Below are positions 1 to 13,251 of a stretch of DNA of 64,000 nt, piece by piece. The position numbers and the translations under genes are program-made. The notes beneath the pieces were generated by a model. The model ran no database searches and was not told where the DNA came from. It worked only from the letters and a program-made list of their open reading frames with translations. Origin of the DNA: Eimeria praecox. Lineage: Eukaryota. Location: assembly GCA_963920595.1 (NCBI GenBank), contig OY986947.1:1984001-2048000 (forward strand), read 5' to 3'. Within the stretch, counting starts at the first letter, position 1. The number at the start of each line of letters is the position of its first letter.

Positions 1-882
1 TTGTCTCCCGCGGACAGCTCGAATTCTGCGCAAGGCTCATCTTGGGCTCCTTCGCTCGGCATGGCTCCTCCGCACCACCTTGCTCACCCGTTTGGTGTTG
101 ATTGTCTGCTTGCCTCTGGATTCCCCACCATGTTCGCTTCCGGAAGCTCTTGAAAATGGCTAAATTCCTGTACAACGCAGGTTCTGCATTAGGATATAAG
201 AAAGATCAGATTCAACACCAAGAAAAGCTAGCGCTCTACGATTGGAGCATGCGGCGGAGCAGACTTGGTGTTGGTGGGGCTCATGTGGGTGTGTGCTGAG
301 GGCCGCTTCTTGGCTTTTGCCAGGAGAGGTCCTAAGCTTTGGCGCTGTCAAACGCCTGTTCTTGCATAGCAAATAAGGCTGCACGAATAGGTTGGCGCTG
401 CTTCGAGAGGTCCATTTCCTCAAATCTCTAGTTCGGACCCACCCTCATCGTCACAGATAGAGCGGTGGGATGGTGGTACAGCTGTCAGGCTAGGCGCATG
501 CGCTTGCATTTGCGCCCCAACATGCAGCTCCTCATCTCACCAGTAAAGACGCCTGACCACTGTGCACTCTTACGCATACATAGCCATGCGTGAGAGTGGC
601 ATGCTTCGCGGCATTAGTCCGTCTCCACCCCCCAAGTGATATGTAAAGCACGTTCCATGCACGTGCATTCAGCCTTCTCCAAGTGCATGCCGCATGTGAA
701 CAGCCGAAGGCAGATCCTTCTCGATACTGGCTGGCACCAAAGTTGCCCCAGAGATCGAGTGAAATGCAGCTTGGTGAGGTGGAGGCCCTGGAGGCGAGCA
801 CAGCATTTCTGTGTGGGCATGCAGGATGCTGCTGCATTTGGGGTGTGCCTTCGACTTCCTAGCATGCTAAGGGGCATCCAAA

Positions 883-954
883 AGGTCCTACTGGGATTTG
901 AACCCAGGTCGGCGGATTCAGAGTCCGCAGTGCTTACCACTACACCATAGAACC
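883..954 (-). tRNA. tRNA-Gln: tRNA-Gln(CTG), copy 1
   Basis: Reverse complement folds as GGTTCTA-TG-GTGT AGTGGTAA GCAC-T-GCGGA CTCTGAA TCCGC-CGAC-CTGGG TTCAAAT CCCAG-TAGGACC-T; 72 nt, ends in a T4 run (Pol III terminator-like). Confidence 0.95.
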
Positions 955-1916
955 GCGAGGTGACCCTCGCCATGCAGTAAAAGCATCGCAGCTCTCCTGC
1001 TAGAAAATCGAAGCCAAACAAGCGTCTTCTTCTTTCTCGTACCAAGCCCGAATTCTGCGCCAGACTCGCCTTGCGCTCTTTAGCTGGGCATGGCTCCTCC
1101 GCACCACCCTGCTCACCCTAATGACGCTGGTTGTCTGCTTGCCTTTGCATTCCTCACCATGTTCGCATCTGGAAGCTGTTTTCAGTGGCTAAATTCCTGT
1201 GCAACGCAGCTTCTGCCTTAGGATGTGAGAAGGATCGCAATCAACACCAATCAACAACAAGCCAGCGCTCTACGATTGGAGCATGCGGCGGAGCAGACTT
1301 GGTGTTGGTGGGGCTCATGTGGGTGTGTGCTGAGGGCCGCTTCGTGGCGCTTGCCAGGAGAGGTCCTAAGCTTTGACTCTGTCAAACGCCTGTTCTTGCA
1401 TAGCAAATAAGGCTGCACGAATAGGTTGGCGCTGCTTCGAGAGGTCCATTTCCTCAAATCTCTAGTTCCGACACACCCTCATCGTCACAGAGAGAGCGGT
1501 GGGATGGTGGTACAGCTGTCAGGCTGGGCGCATGTGCTTGCATTTGCGCCCCAACATGCAGCTCCTCATCTCACCAGTAAAGACGCCTGACCATTGAGCA
1601 CTTGTAGGCATACATAGCCATGCGTGAGAGTGGCATGCTTCGCGGCATTAGTCCGTCTCCACCCCCCAAGTGATATGTAAAGCACGTTCCATGCACGTGC
1701 ATTCAGCCTTCTCCAAGTGCATGCCGCATGTGAACAGCCGAAGGCAGATCCTTCTCGACACTGGCTGGCACCAAAGTTGCCCCAGAGATCGAGTGAAATG
1801 CAGCTTGGTGAGGTGGAGGCACTGGAGGCGAGCACAGCATTTCTGTGTGGGCATGCAGGATGCTGCTGCATTTGGGGTGTGCCGTCGACTTCCTAGCATG
1901 CTAAGGGGCATCCAAA

Positions 1917-1988
1917 AGGTCCTACTGGGATTTGAACCCAGGTCGGCGGATTCAGAGTCCGCAGTGCTTACCACTACACCATAGAACC
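1917..1988 (-). tRNA. tRNA-Gln: tRNA-Gln(CTG), copy 2
   Basis: Same cloverleaf as copy 1, anticodon loop CTCTGAA. Confidence 0.95.
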
Positions 1989-2950
1989 GCAAGGTGACCC
2001 TCGCCATGCAGTAAAAGCATCGCAGCTCTCCTGCTAGAAAATCGAAGCCAAACAAGCGTCTTCTTATTTCTCGTACCAAGCCCGAATTCTGCGCCAGACT
2101 CGCTTTGCGCTCTTTAGCTGGGCATGGCTCCTCCGCACCACCCTGCTCACCCTAATGACGCTGGTTGTCTGCTTGCCTTTGGATTCCCAACCATTTTCGC
2201 ATCTGGAAGCTGTTTTCAGTGGCTAAATTCCTGTGCAACGCAGCTTCTGCCTTAGGATGTGAGAAGGATCGCAATCAACACCAATCAACAACAAGCCAGC
2301 GCTCTACGATTGGAGCATGCGGCGGAGCAGACTTGGTGTTGGTGGGGCTCATGTGGGTGTGTGCTGAGGGCCGCTTCGTGGCTTTTGCCAGGAGAGGTCC
2401 TAAGCTTTGGCGCTGTCAAACGCCTGTTCTTGCATGGCAAATAAGGCTGCACGAATAGGTTGGCGCTGCTTCGAGAGGTCCACTTCCTTAAATCTCTAGT
2501 TCCGACACACCCTCACCGTCACAGATAGAGCGGTGGGATGGTGGTACAGCTGTCAGGCTAGGAGCATGCGCTTGCATTTGCGCCCCAACATGCAGCTCCT
2601 CATCTCACCAGTAAAGACGCCTGACCATTGAGCACTTGTAGGCATACATAGCCATGCGTGAGAGTGGCATGCTTCACGGCATTAGTCCGTCTCCACCCCC
2701 CAAGTGATATGTAAAGCACGTTCCATGCACGTGCATTCAGCCTTCTCCAAGTGCATGCCGCATGTGAACAGCCGAAGGCAGATCCTTCTCGATACTGGCT
2801 GGCACCAAAGTTGCCCCAGAGATCGAGTGAAATGCAGCTTGGTGAGGTGGAGGCACTGGAGGCGAGCACAGTATTTCTGTGTGGGCATGCAGGATACTGC
2901 AGCATTTGGGGTGTGCCGTCGACTTCCTAGCATGCTAAGGGGCATCCAAA

Positions 2951-3022
2951 AGGTCCTACTGGGGTTTGAACCCAGGTCGGCGGATTCAAAGTCCGCAGTG
3001 CTAGCCACTACACCATAGAACC
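2951..3022 (-). tRNA. tRNA-Gln: tRNA-Gln(TTG), copy 3
   Basis: Cloverleaf with anticodon loop CTTTGAA, D-loop GTGGCTAG, T-loop TTCAAAC. Confidence 0.95.
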
Positions 3023-3983
3023 GCGAGGTGACCCTCACCCTGCGCAAAAGCATCACAGCTCTCCTGCTACAAAAATCGACGTCAACGAAGCTTCTTATTG
3101 TCTCCCGCAGACAGCTCGAATTCTGCGCAAGGCTCATCTTGGGCTCCTTCGCTCGGCATGGCTCCTCCGCACCACCCTGCTCACCTGTTTGGTGTTGATT
3201 GTCTGCTTGCCTCTGGATTCCCCACCATGTTCGCTTCCGGAAGCTCTTGAAAATGGCGAAATTCCTGTACAACGCAGGTTCTGCATTAGGATATAAGAAC
3301 GATCAGATTCAACACCAAGAAAAGCTAGCGCTCTACGATTGGAGCATGCGGCGGAGCAGACTTGGTGTTGGTGGGGCTCATGTGGGTGTGTGCTGAGGGC
3401 CGCTTCTTGGCTTTTGCCAGGAGAGGTCCTAAGCTTTGGCGCTGTCAAACGCCTGTTCTTGCATGGCAAATAAGGCTGCACGAATAGGTTGGCGCCGCTT
3501 CGAGAGGTCCATTTCCTCAAATCTCTAGTTCCGACACACCCTCACCGTCACAGATAGATAGAGCGGTGGGATGGTGGTACAGCTGTCAGGCTAGGCGCAT
3601 GCGCTTGCATTTGCGCCCCAACATGCAGCTCCTCATCTCACCAGTAAAGACGCCTGACCATTGAGCACTTGTAGGCATACATAGCCATGCGTGATAGTGG
3701 CATGCTTCGCGGCATTAGTCCGTCTCCACCCCCCAAGTGATATGTAAAGCACGTTCCATGCACGTGCATTCAGCCTTCTCCAAGTGCATGCCGCATGTGA
3801 ACAGCCGAAGGCAGATCCTTCTCGATACTGGCTGGCACCAAAGTTGCCCCAGAGATCGAGTGAAATGCAGCTTGGTGAGGTGGAGGCACTGGAGGCGAGC
3901 ACAGTATTTCTGTGTGGGCATGCAGGATGCTGCTGCATTTGGGGTGTGCCGTCGACTTCCTAGCATGCTAAGGGGCATCCAAA

Positions 3984-4055
3984 AGGTCCTACTGGGGTTT
4001 GAACCCAGGTCGGCGGATTCAAAGTCCGCAGTGCTAGCCACTACACCATAGAACC
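3984..4055 (-). tRNA. tRNA-Gln: tRNA-Gln(TTG), copy 4
   Basis: Same 72-nt sequence as copy 3. Confidence 0.95.
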
Positions 4056-5012
4056 GCAAGGTGACCCTCACCCTGCGCAAAAGCATCACAGCTCTCCTGC
4101 TACAAAAATCGACGTCAACCAAGCTTCTTATTGTCTCCCGCAGACAGCTCGAATTCTGAGCAAGGCTCATCTTGGGCTCCTTCGCTCGGCATGGCTCCTC
4201 CGCACCACCCTGCTCACCCGTTTGGTGTTGATTGTCTGCTTGCCTCTGGATTCCCCACCATGTTCGCTTCCGGAAGCTCTTGCAAAAGGCTAAATTCCTG
4301 TACAACGCAGGTTCTGCATTAGGATATAAGAACGATCAGATTCAACACCAAGAAAAGCTAGCGCTCTACGATTGGAGCATGCGGCGGAGCAGACTTGAGG
4401 TTGGTGGGGCTCATGTGGGTGTGTGCTGAGGGCCGCTTCGTGGCTTTTGTCAGGAGAGGTCCTAAGCTTTGGCGCTGTCAAACGCCTGTTCTTGCATAGC
4501 AAATAAGGCTGCACGAATAGGTTGGCGCCGCTTCGAGAGGTCCATTTCCTCAAATCTCTAGTTCGGACCCACCCTCACCGTCACAGATAGAGCGGTGGGA
4601 TGGTGGTACAGCTCTCAGGCTAGGCGCATGCGCTTGCATTTGCGCCCCAACATGCAGCTCCTCATCTCACCAGTAAAGACGCCTGACCATTGAGCACTTG
4701 TAGGCATACATAGCCATGCGTGATAGTGGCATGCTTCGCGGCATTAGTCCGTCTCCACCCCCCAAGTGATATGTAAAGCACGTTCCATGCACGTGCATTC
4801 AGCCTTCTCCAAGTGCATGCCGCATGTGAACAGCCGAAGGCAGATCCTTCTCGATACTGGCTGGCACCAAAGTTGCCCCAGAGATCGAGTGAAATGCAGC
4901 TTGGTGAGGTGGAGGCCCTGGAGGCGAGCACAGTATTTCTTTGTGGGCATGCAGGATGCTGCAACATTTGGGGTGTGCCGTCGATTTCCTAGCATGCTAA
5001 GGGGCATCCAAA

Positions 5013-5084
5013 AGGTCCTACTGGGGTTTGAACCCAGGTCGGCGGATTCAAAGTCCGCAGTGCTAGCCACTACACCATAGAACC
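5013..5084 (-). tRNA. tRNA-Gln: tRNA-Gln(TTG), copy 5
   Basis: Same 72-nt sequence as copy 3. Confidence 0.95.
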
Positions 5085-6041
5085 GCAAGGTGACCCTCAC
5101 CCTGCGCAAAAGCATCACAGCTCTCCTGCTACAAAAATCGACGTCAACCAAGCTTCTTATTGTCTCCCGCAGACAGCTCGAATTCTGCGCAAGGCTCATC
5201 TTGGGCTCCTTCGCTCGGCATGGCTCCTCCGCACCACCGTGCTCACCCGTTTGGTGTTGATTGTCTGCTTGCCTCTGGATTCCCCACCATGTTCGCTTCC
5301 GGAAGCTCTTGCAAATGGCTAAATTCCTGTACAACGCAGGTTCTGCATTAGGATATAAGAGAGATCAGATTCAACACCAAGAAAAGCTGGCGCTCTACGA
5401 TTGGAGCATGCGGCGGAGCAGACTTGAGGTTGGTGGGGCTCATGTGGGTGTGTGCTGAGGGCCGCTTCTTGGCGTTTGCCAGGAGAGGTCCTAAGCTTTG
5501 GCGCTGTCAAACGCCTGTTCTTGCATAGCAAATAAGGCTGCACGAATAGGTTGGCGCCGCTTCGAGAGGTCCATTTCCTCAAATCTCTAGTTCGGACCCA
5601 CCCTCACCGTCACAGATAGAGCGGTGGGATGGTGGTACAGCTGTCAGGCTAGGCGCATGCGCTTGCATTTGCGCCCCAACATGCAGCTCCTCATCTCACC
5701 AGTAAAGACGCCTGACCACTGAGCACTTGTAGGCATACATAGCCATGCGTGAGAGTGGCATGCTTCACGGCATTAGTCCGTCTCCACCCCCCAAGTGATA
5801 TGTAAAGCACGTTCCATGCACGTGCATTCAGCCTTCTCCAAGTGCATGCCGCATGTGAACAGCCGAAGGCAGATCCTTCTCGATACTGGCTGGCACCAAA
5901 GTTGCCCCAGAGATCGAGTGAAATGCAGCTTGGTGAGGTGGAGGCACTGGAGGCGAGCACAGCATTTCTGTGTGGGCATGCAGGATGCTGCAACATTTGG
6001 GGTGTGCCGTCGATTTCCTAGCATGCTAAGGGGCATCCAAA

Positions 6042-6113
6042 AGGTCCTACTGGGGTTTGAACCCAGGTCGGCGGATTCAAAGTCCGCAGTGCTAGCCACT
6101 ACACCATAGAACC
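6042..6113 (-). tRNA. tRNA-Gln: tRNA-Gln(TTG), copy 6
   Basis: Same 72-nt sequence as copy 3. Confidence 0.95.
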
Positions 6114-7074
6114 GCAAGGTGACCCTCACCCTGCGCAAAAGCATCACAGCTCTCCTGCTACAAAAATCGACGTCAACCAAGCTTCTTATTGTCTCCCGCA
6201 GACAGCTCGAATTCTGCGCAAGGCTCATCTTGGGCTCCTTCGCTCGGCATGGCTCCTCCGCACCACCGTGCTCACCCTTATGGTATTGATTGTCTGCTTG
6301 CCTCTGGATTCCCCACCATGTTCGCTTCCGGAAGCTCTTGAAAATGGCTAAATTCCTGTACAACGCAGGTTCTGCATTAGGATATAAGAGAGATCAGATT
6401 CAACACCAAGAAAAGCTGGCGCTCTACGATTGGAGCATGCGGCGGAGCAGACTTGAGGTTGGTGGGGCTCATGTGGGTGTGTGCTGAGGGCCGCTTCTTG
6501 GCTTTTGCCAGGAGAGGTCCTAAGCTTTGGCGCTGTCAAACGCCTGTTCTTGCATGGCAAATAAGGCTGCACGAATAGGTTGGCGCCGCTTCGAGAGGTC
6601 CATTTCCTCAAATCTCTAGTTCCGACACACCCTCACCGTCACAGATAGATAGAGCGGTGGGATGGTGGTACAGCTGTCAGGCGAGGCGCATGCGCTTGCA
6701 TTTGCGCCCCAACATGCAGCTCCTCATCTCACCAGTAAAGACGCCTGACCATTGAGCACTCGTACGCATACATAGCCATGCGTGATAGTGGCATGCTTCA
6801 CGGCATTATTCCGTCTCCACCCCCCAAGTGATATGTAAAGCACGTTCCATGCACGTGCATTCAGCCTTCTCCAAGTGCATGCCGCATGTGAACAGCCGAA
6901 GGCAGATCCTTCTCGATACTGGCTGGCACCAAAGTTGCCCCAGAGATCGAGTGAAATGCAGCTTGGTGAGGTGGAGGCACTGGAGGCGAGCACAGCATTT
7001 CTGTGTGGGCATGCAGGATGCTACAGCATTTGGGGTGTGCCTTCGACTTCCTAGCATGCTAAGGGGCATCCAAA

Positions 7075-7146
7075 AGGTCCTACTGGGGTTTGAACCCAGG
7101 TCGGCGGATTCAAAGTCCGCAGTGCTAGCCACTACACCATAGAACC
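7075..7146 (-). tRNA. tRNA-Gln: tRNA-Gln(TTG), copy 7
   Basis: Same 72-nt sequence as copy 3. Confidence 0.95.
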
Positions 7147-8107
7147 GCAAGGTGACCCTCACCCTGCGCAAAAGCATCACAGCTCTCCTGCTACAAAAAT
7201 CGACGTCAACCAAGCTTCTTATTGTCTCCCGCAGACAGCTCGAATTCTGCGCAAGGCTCATCTTGGGCTCCTTCGCTCGGCATGGCTCCTCCGCACCACC
7301 TTGCTCACCCGTTTGGTGTTGATTGTCTGCTTGCCTCTGGATTCCCCACCATGTTCGCTTCCGGAAGCTCTTGAAAATGGCTAAATTCCTGTACAACGCA
7401 GGTTCTGCATTAGGATATAAGAGAGATCAGATTCAACACCAAGAAAAGCTGGCGCTCTACGATTGGAGCATGCGGCGGAGCAGACTTGAGGTTGGTGGGG
7501 CTCATGTGGGTGTGTGCTGAGGGCCGCTTCTTGGCTTTTGCCAGGAGAGGTCCTAAGCTTTGGCGCTGTCAAACGCCTGTTCTTGCATGGCAAATAAGGC
7601 TGCACGAATAGGTTGGCGCCGCTTCGAGAGGTCCATTTCCTCAAATCTCTAGTTCCGACACACCCTCACCGTCACAGATAGATAGAGCGGTGGGATGGTG
7701 GTACAGCTGTCAGGCGAGGCGCATGCGCTTGCATTTGCGCCCCAACATGCAGCTCCTCATCTCACCAGTAAAGACGCCTGACCATTGAGCACTCGTACGC
7801 ATACATAGCCATGCGTGATAGTGGCATGCTTCACGGCATTATTCCGTCTCCACCCCCCAAGTGATATGTAAAGCACGTTCCATGCACGTGCATTCAGCCT
7901 TCTCCAAGTGCATGCCGCATGTGAACAGCCGAAGGCAGATCCTTCTCGATACTGGCTGGCACCAAAGTTGCCCCAGAGATCGAGTGAAATGCAGCTTGGT
8001 GAGGTGGAGGCCCTGGAGGCGAGCACAGTATTTCTTTGTGGGCATGCAGGATGCTGCAACATTTGGGGTGTGCCGTCGATTTCCTAGCATGCTAAGGGGC
8101 ATCCAAA

Positions 8108-8179
8108 AGGTCCTACTGGGGTTTGAACCCAGGTCGGCGGATTCAAAGTCCGCAGTGCTAGCCACTACACCATAGAACC
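8108..8179 (-). tRNA. tRNA-Gln: tRNA-Gln(TTG), copy 8
   Basis: Same 72-nt sequence as copy 3. Confidence 0.95.
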
Positions 8180-9136
8180 GCAAGGTGACCCTCACCCTGC
8201 GCAAAAGCATCACAGCTCTCCTGCTACAAAAATCGACGTCAACCAAGCTTCTTATTGTCTCCCGCAGACAGCTCGAATTCTGCGCAAGGCTCATCTTGGG
8301 CTCCTTCGCTCGGCATGGCTCCTCCGCACCACCCTGCTCACCCGTTTGGTGTTGATTGTCTGCTTGCCTCTGGATTCCCCACCATGTTCGCTTCCGGAAG
8401 CTCTTGCAAATGGCTAAATTCCTGTACAACGCAGGTTCTGCATTAGGATATAAGAGAGATCAGATTCAACACCAAGAAAAGCTGGCGCTCTACGATTGGA
8501 GCATGCGGCGGAGCAGACTTGAGGTCGGTGGGGCTCATGTGGGTGTGTGCTGAGGGCCGCTTCTTGGCGTTTGCCAGGAGAGGTCCTAAGCTTTGGCGCT
8601 GTCAAACGCCTGTTCTTGCATAGCAAATAAGGCTGCACGAATAGGTTGGCGCCGCTTCGAGAGGTCCATTTCCTCAAATCTCTAGTTCGGACCCACCCTC
8701 ACCGTCACAGATAGAGCGGTGGGATGGTGGTACAGCTGTCAGGCTAGGCGCATGCGCTTGCATTTGCGCCCCAACATGCAGCTCCTCATCTCACCAGTAA
8801 AGACGCCTGACCATTGAGCACTTGTAGGCATACATAGCCATGCGTGAGAGTGGCATGCTTCGCGGCATTAGTCCGTCTCCACCCCCCAAGTGATATGTAA
8901 AGCACGTTCCATGCACGTGCATTCAGCCTTCTCCAAGTGCATGCCGCATGTGAACAGCCGAAGGCAGATCCTTCTCGATACTGGCTGGCACCAAAGTTGC
9001 CCCAGAGATCGAGTGAAATGCAGCTTGGTGAGGTGGAGGCCCTGGAGGCGAGCACAGTATTTCTTTGTGGGCATGCAGGATGCTGCAACATTTGGGGTGT
9101 GCCGTCGATTTCCTAGCATGCTAAGGGGCATCCAAA

Positions 9137-9208
9137 AGGTCCTACTGGGGTTTGAACCCAGGTCGGCGGATTCAAAGTCCGCAGTGCTAGCCACTACACC
9201 ATAGAACC
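9137..9208 (-). tRNA. tRNA-Gln: tRNA-Gln(TTG), copy 9
   Basis: Same 72-nt sequence as copy 3. Confidence 0.95.
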
Positions 9209-10165
9209 GCAAGGTGACCCTCACCCTGCGCACAAGCATCACAGCTCTCCTGCTACAAAAATCGACGTCAACCAAGCTTCTTATTGTCTCCCGCAGACAG
9301 CTCGAATTCTGCGCAAGGCTCATCTTGGGCTCCTTCGCTCGGCATGGCTCCTCCGCACCACCGTGCTCACCCGTTTGGTGTTGATTGTCTGCTTGCCTCT
9401 GGATTCCCCACCATGTTCGCTTCCGGAAGCTCTTGCAAAAGGCTAAATTCCTGTACAACGCAGGTTCTGCATTAGGATATAAGAGAGATCAGATTCAACA
9501 CCAAGAAAAGCTAGCGCTCTACGATTGGAGCATGCGGCGGAGTAGACTTGGTGTTGGTGGGGCTCATGTGGGTGTGTGCTGAGGGCCGCTTCTTGGCGTT
9601 TGCCAGGAGAGGTCCTAAGCTTTGGCGCTGTCAAACGCCTGTTCTTGCATAGCAAATAAGGCTGCACGAATAGGTTGGCGCTGCTTCGAGGGGTCTATTT
9701 CCTCAAATCTCTAGTTCCGACACACCCTCATCGTCACAGAGAGAGCGGTGGGATGGTGGTACAGCTGTCAGGCTAGGCGCATGCGCTTGCATTTGCGCCC
9801 CAACATGCAGCTCCTCATCTCACCAGTAAAGACGGCTGACCACTGAGCACTTGTAGGCATACATAGCCATGCGTGAGAGTGGCATGCTTCACGGCATTAG
9901 TCCGTCTCCACCCCCAAAGTGATATGTAAAGCACGTTCCATGCACGTGCATTCAGCCTTCTCCAAGTGCATGCCGCATGTGAACAGCCGAAGGCAGATCC
10001 TTCTCGATACTGGCTGGCACCAAAGTTGCCCCAGAGATCGAGTGAAATGCAGCTTGGTGAGGTGGAGGCACTGGAGGCGAGCACAGCATTTCTGTGTGGG
10101 CATGCAGGATGCTACAGCATTTGGGGTGTGCCTTCGACTTCCTAGCATGCTAAGGGGCATCCAAA

Positions 10166-10237
10166 AGGTCCTACTGGGGTTTGAACCCAGGTCGGCGGAT
10201 TCAAAGTCCGCAGTGCTAGCCACTACACCATAGAACC
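10166..10237 (-). tRNA. tRNA-Gln: tRNA-Gln(TTG), copy 10
   Basis: Same 72-nt sequence as copy 3. Confidence 0.95.
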
Positions 10238-11193
10238 GCAAGGTGACCCTCACCCTGCGCAAAAGCATCACAGCTCTCCTGCTACAAAAATCGACGTCAA
10301 CCAAGCTTCTTATTGTCTCTCGCAGACAGCTCGAATTCTGCGCAAGGCTCATCTTGGGCTCCTTCGCTCGGCATGTCTCCTCCGCACCACCCTGCTCACC
10401 CGTTTGGTGTTGATTGTCTGCTTGCCTCTGGATTCCCACCATGTTCGCTTCCGGAAGCTCTTGAAAATGGCTAAATTCCTGTACAACGCAGGTTCTGCAT
10501 TAGGATATAAGAGAGATCAGATTCAGCACCAAGAAAAGCTAGCGCTCTACGATTGGAGCATGCGGCGGAGCAGACTTGGTGTTGGTGGGGCTCATGTGGG
10601 TGTGTGCTGAGGGCCGCTTCTTGGCTTTTGCCAGGAGAGGTCCTAAGCTTTGGCGCTGTCAAACGCCTGTTCTTGCATAGCAAATAAGGCTGCACGAATA
10701 GGTTGGCGCTGCTTCGAGGGGTCCATTTCCTCAAATCTCTAGTTCCGACACACCCTCATCGTCACAGAGAGAGCGGTGGGATGGTGGTACAGCTGTCAGG
10801 CTAGGCGCATGCGCTTGCATTTGCGCCCCAACATGCAGCCCCCCATCCCACCCGTAAAGACGCCTGACCATTGTGCACTCTTGCGCATACATAGCCATGC
10901 GTGATAGTGGCATGCTTCGCGGCATTAGTCCGTCTCCACCCCCCAAGTGATATGTAAAGCACGTTCCATGCACGTGCATTCAGCCTTCTCCAAGTGCATG
11001 CCGCATGTGAACAGCCGAAGGCAGATCCTTCTCGATACTGGCTGGCACCAAAGTTGCCCCAGAGATCGAGTGAAATGCAGCTTGGTGAGGTGGAGGCACT
11101 GGAGGCGAGCACAGTATTTCTGTGTGGGCATGCAGGATGCTGCAGCATTTGGGGTGTGCCTTCGACTTCCTAGCATGCTAAGGGGCATCCAAA

Positions 11194-11265
11194 AGGTCCT
11201 ACTGGGGTTTGAACCCAGGTCGGCGGATTCAAAGTCCGCAGTGCTAGCCACTACACCATAGAACC
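11194..11265 (-). tRNA. tRNA-Gln: tRNA-Gln(TTG), copy 11
   Basis: Same 72-nt sequence as copy 3. Confidence 0.95.
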
Positions 11266-12222
11266 GCGAGGTGACCCTCACCCTGCGCAAAAGCATCACA
11301 GCTCTCCTGCTACAAAAATCGACGTCAACCAAGCTTCTTATTGTCTCCCGCAGACAGCTCGAATTCTGAGCAAGGCTCATCTTGGGCTCCTTCGCTCGGC
11401 ATGGCTCCTCCGCACCACCTTGCTCACCCGTTTGGTGTTGATTGTCTGCTTGCCTCTGGATTCCCCACCATGTTCGCTTCCGGAAGCTCTTGCAAAAGGC
11501 TAAATTCCTGTACAACGCAGGTTCTGCATTAGGATATAAGAACGATCAGATTCAACACCAAGAAAAGCTAGCGCTCTACGATTGGAGCATGCGGCGGAGC
11601 AGACTTGAGGTTGGTGGGGCTCATGTGGGTGTGTGCTGAGGGCCGCTTCTTGGCGTTTGCCAGGAGAGGTCCTAAGCTTTGGCGCTGTCAAACGCCTGTT
11701 CTTGCATAGCAAATAAGGCTGCACGAATAGGTTGGCGCTGCTTCGAGGGGTCCATTTCCTCAAATCTCTAGTTCCGACACACCCTCATCGTCACAGAGAG
11801 AGCGGTGGGATGGTGGTACAGCTGTCAGGCTAGGCGCATGCGCTTGCATTTGCGCCCCAACATGCAGCCCCTCATCCCACCCGTAAAGACGGCTGACCAT
11901 TGAGCACTTGTAGGCATACATAGCCATGCGTGATAGTGGCATGCTTCGCGGCATTAGTCCGTCTCCACCCCCCAAGTGATATGTAAAGCACGTTCCATGC
12001 ACGTGCATTCAGCCTTCTCCAAGTGCATGCCGCATGTGAACAGCCGAATGCAGATCCTTCTCGATACTGGCTGGCACCAAAGTTGCCCCAGAGATCGAGT
12101 GAAATGCAGCTTGGTGAGGTGGAGGCCCTGGAGGCGAGCACAGTATTTCTGTGTGGGCATGCAGGATGCTGCAGCATTTGGGGTGTGCCTTCGACTTCCT
12201 AGCATGCTAAGGGGCATCCAAA

Positions 12223-12294
12223 AGGTCCTACTGGGGTTTGAACCCAGGTCGGCGGATTCAAAGTCCGCAGTGCTAGCCACTACACCATAGAACC
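12223..12294 (-). tRNA. tRNA-Gln: tRNA-Gln(TTG), copy 12
   Basis: Same 72-nt sequence as copy 3. Confidence 0.95.
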
Positions 12295-13251
12295 GCGAGG
12301 TGACCCTCACCCTGCGCAAAAGCATCACAGCTCTCCTGCTACAAAAATCGACGTCAACCAAGCTTCTTATTGTCTCTCGCAGACAGCTCGAATTCTGCGC
12401 AAGGCTCATCTTGGGCTCCTTCGCTCGGCATGTCTCCTCCGCACCACCCTGCTCACCCGTTTGGTGTTGATTGTCTGCTTGCCTCTGGATTCCCCACCAT
12501 GTTCGCTTCCGGAAGCTCTTGAAAATGGCTAAATTCCTGTACAACGCAGGTTCTGCATTAGGATATAAGAGAGATCAGATTCAGCACCAAGAAAAGCTAG
12601 CGCTCTACGATTGGAGCATGCGGCGGAGCAGACTTGAGGTTGGTGGGGCTCATGTGGGTGTGTGCTGAGGGCCGCTTCGTGGCGCTTGCCAGGAGAGGTC
12701 CTAAGCTTTGGCGCTGTCAAACGCCTGTTCTTGCATAGCAAATAAGGCTGCACGAATAGGTTGGCGCTGCTTCGAGGGGTCCATTTCCTCAAATCTCTAG
12801 TTCCGACACACCCTCATCGTCACAGAGAGAGCGGTGGGATGGTGGTACAGCTGTCAGGCTAGGCGCATGCGCTTGCATTTGCGCCCCAACATGCAGCCCC
12901 TCATCCCACCCGTAAAGACGGCTGACCATTGAGCACTTGTAGGCATACATAGCCATGCGTGATAGTGGCATGCTTCGCGGCATTAGTCCGTCTCCACCCC
13001 CCAAGTGATATGTAAAGCACGTTCCATGCACGTGCATTCAGCCTTCTCCAAGTGCATGCCGCATGTGAACAGCCGAAGGCAGATCCTTCTCGATACTGGC
13101 TGGCACCAAAGTTGCCCCAGAGATCGAGTGAAATGCAGCTTGGTGAGGTGGAGGCACTGGAGGCGAGCACAGTATTTCTGTGTGGGCATGCAGGATGCTG
13201 CAGCATTTGGGGTGTGCCTTCGACTTCCTAGCATGCTAAGGGGCATCCAAA

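Noticed and set aside
358..410. GTTCTTGCATAGCAAATAAGGCT resembles the Cas9 sgRNA/tracrRNA scaffold (TAGCAAG..AAATAAGGCT)
   Set aside because: Only a short match in a eukaryotic repeat; no cas, TnpB or Fanzor ORF and no repeat-spacer structure.
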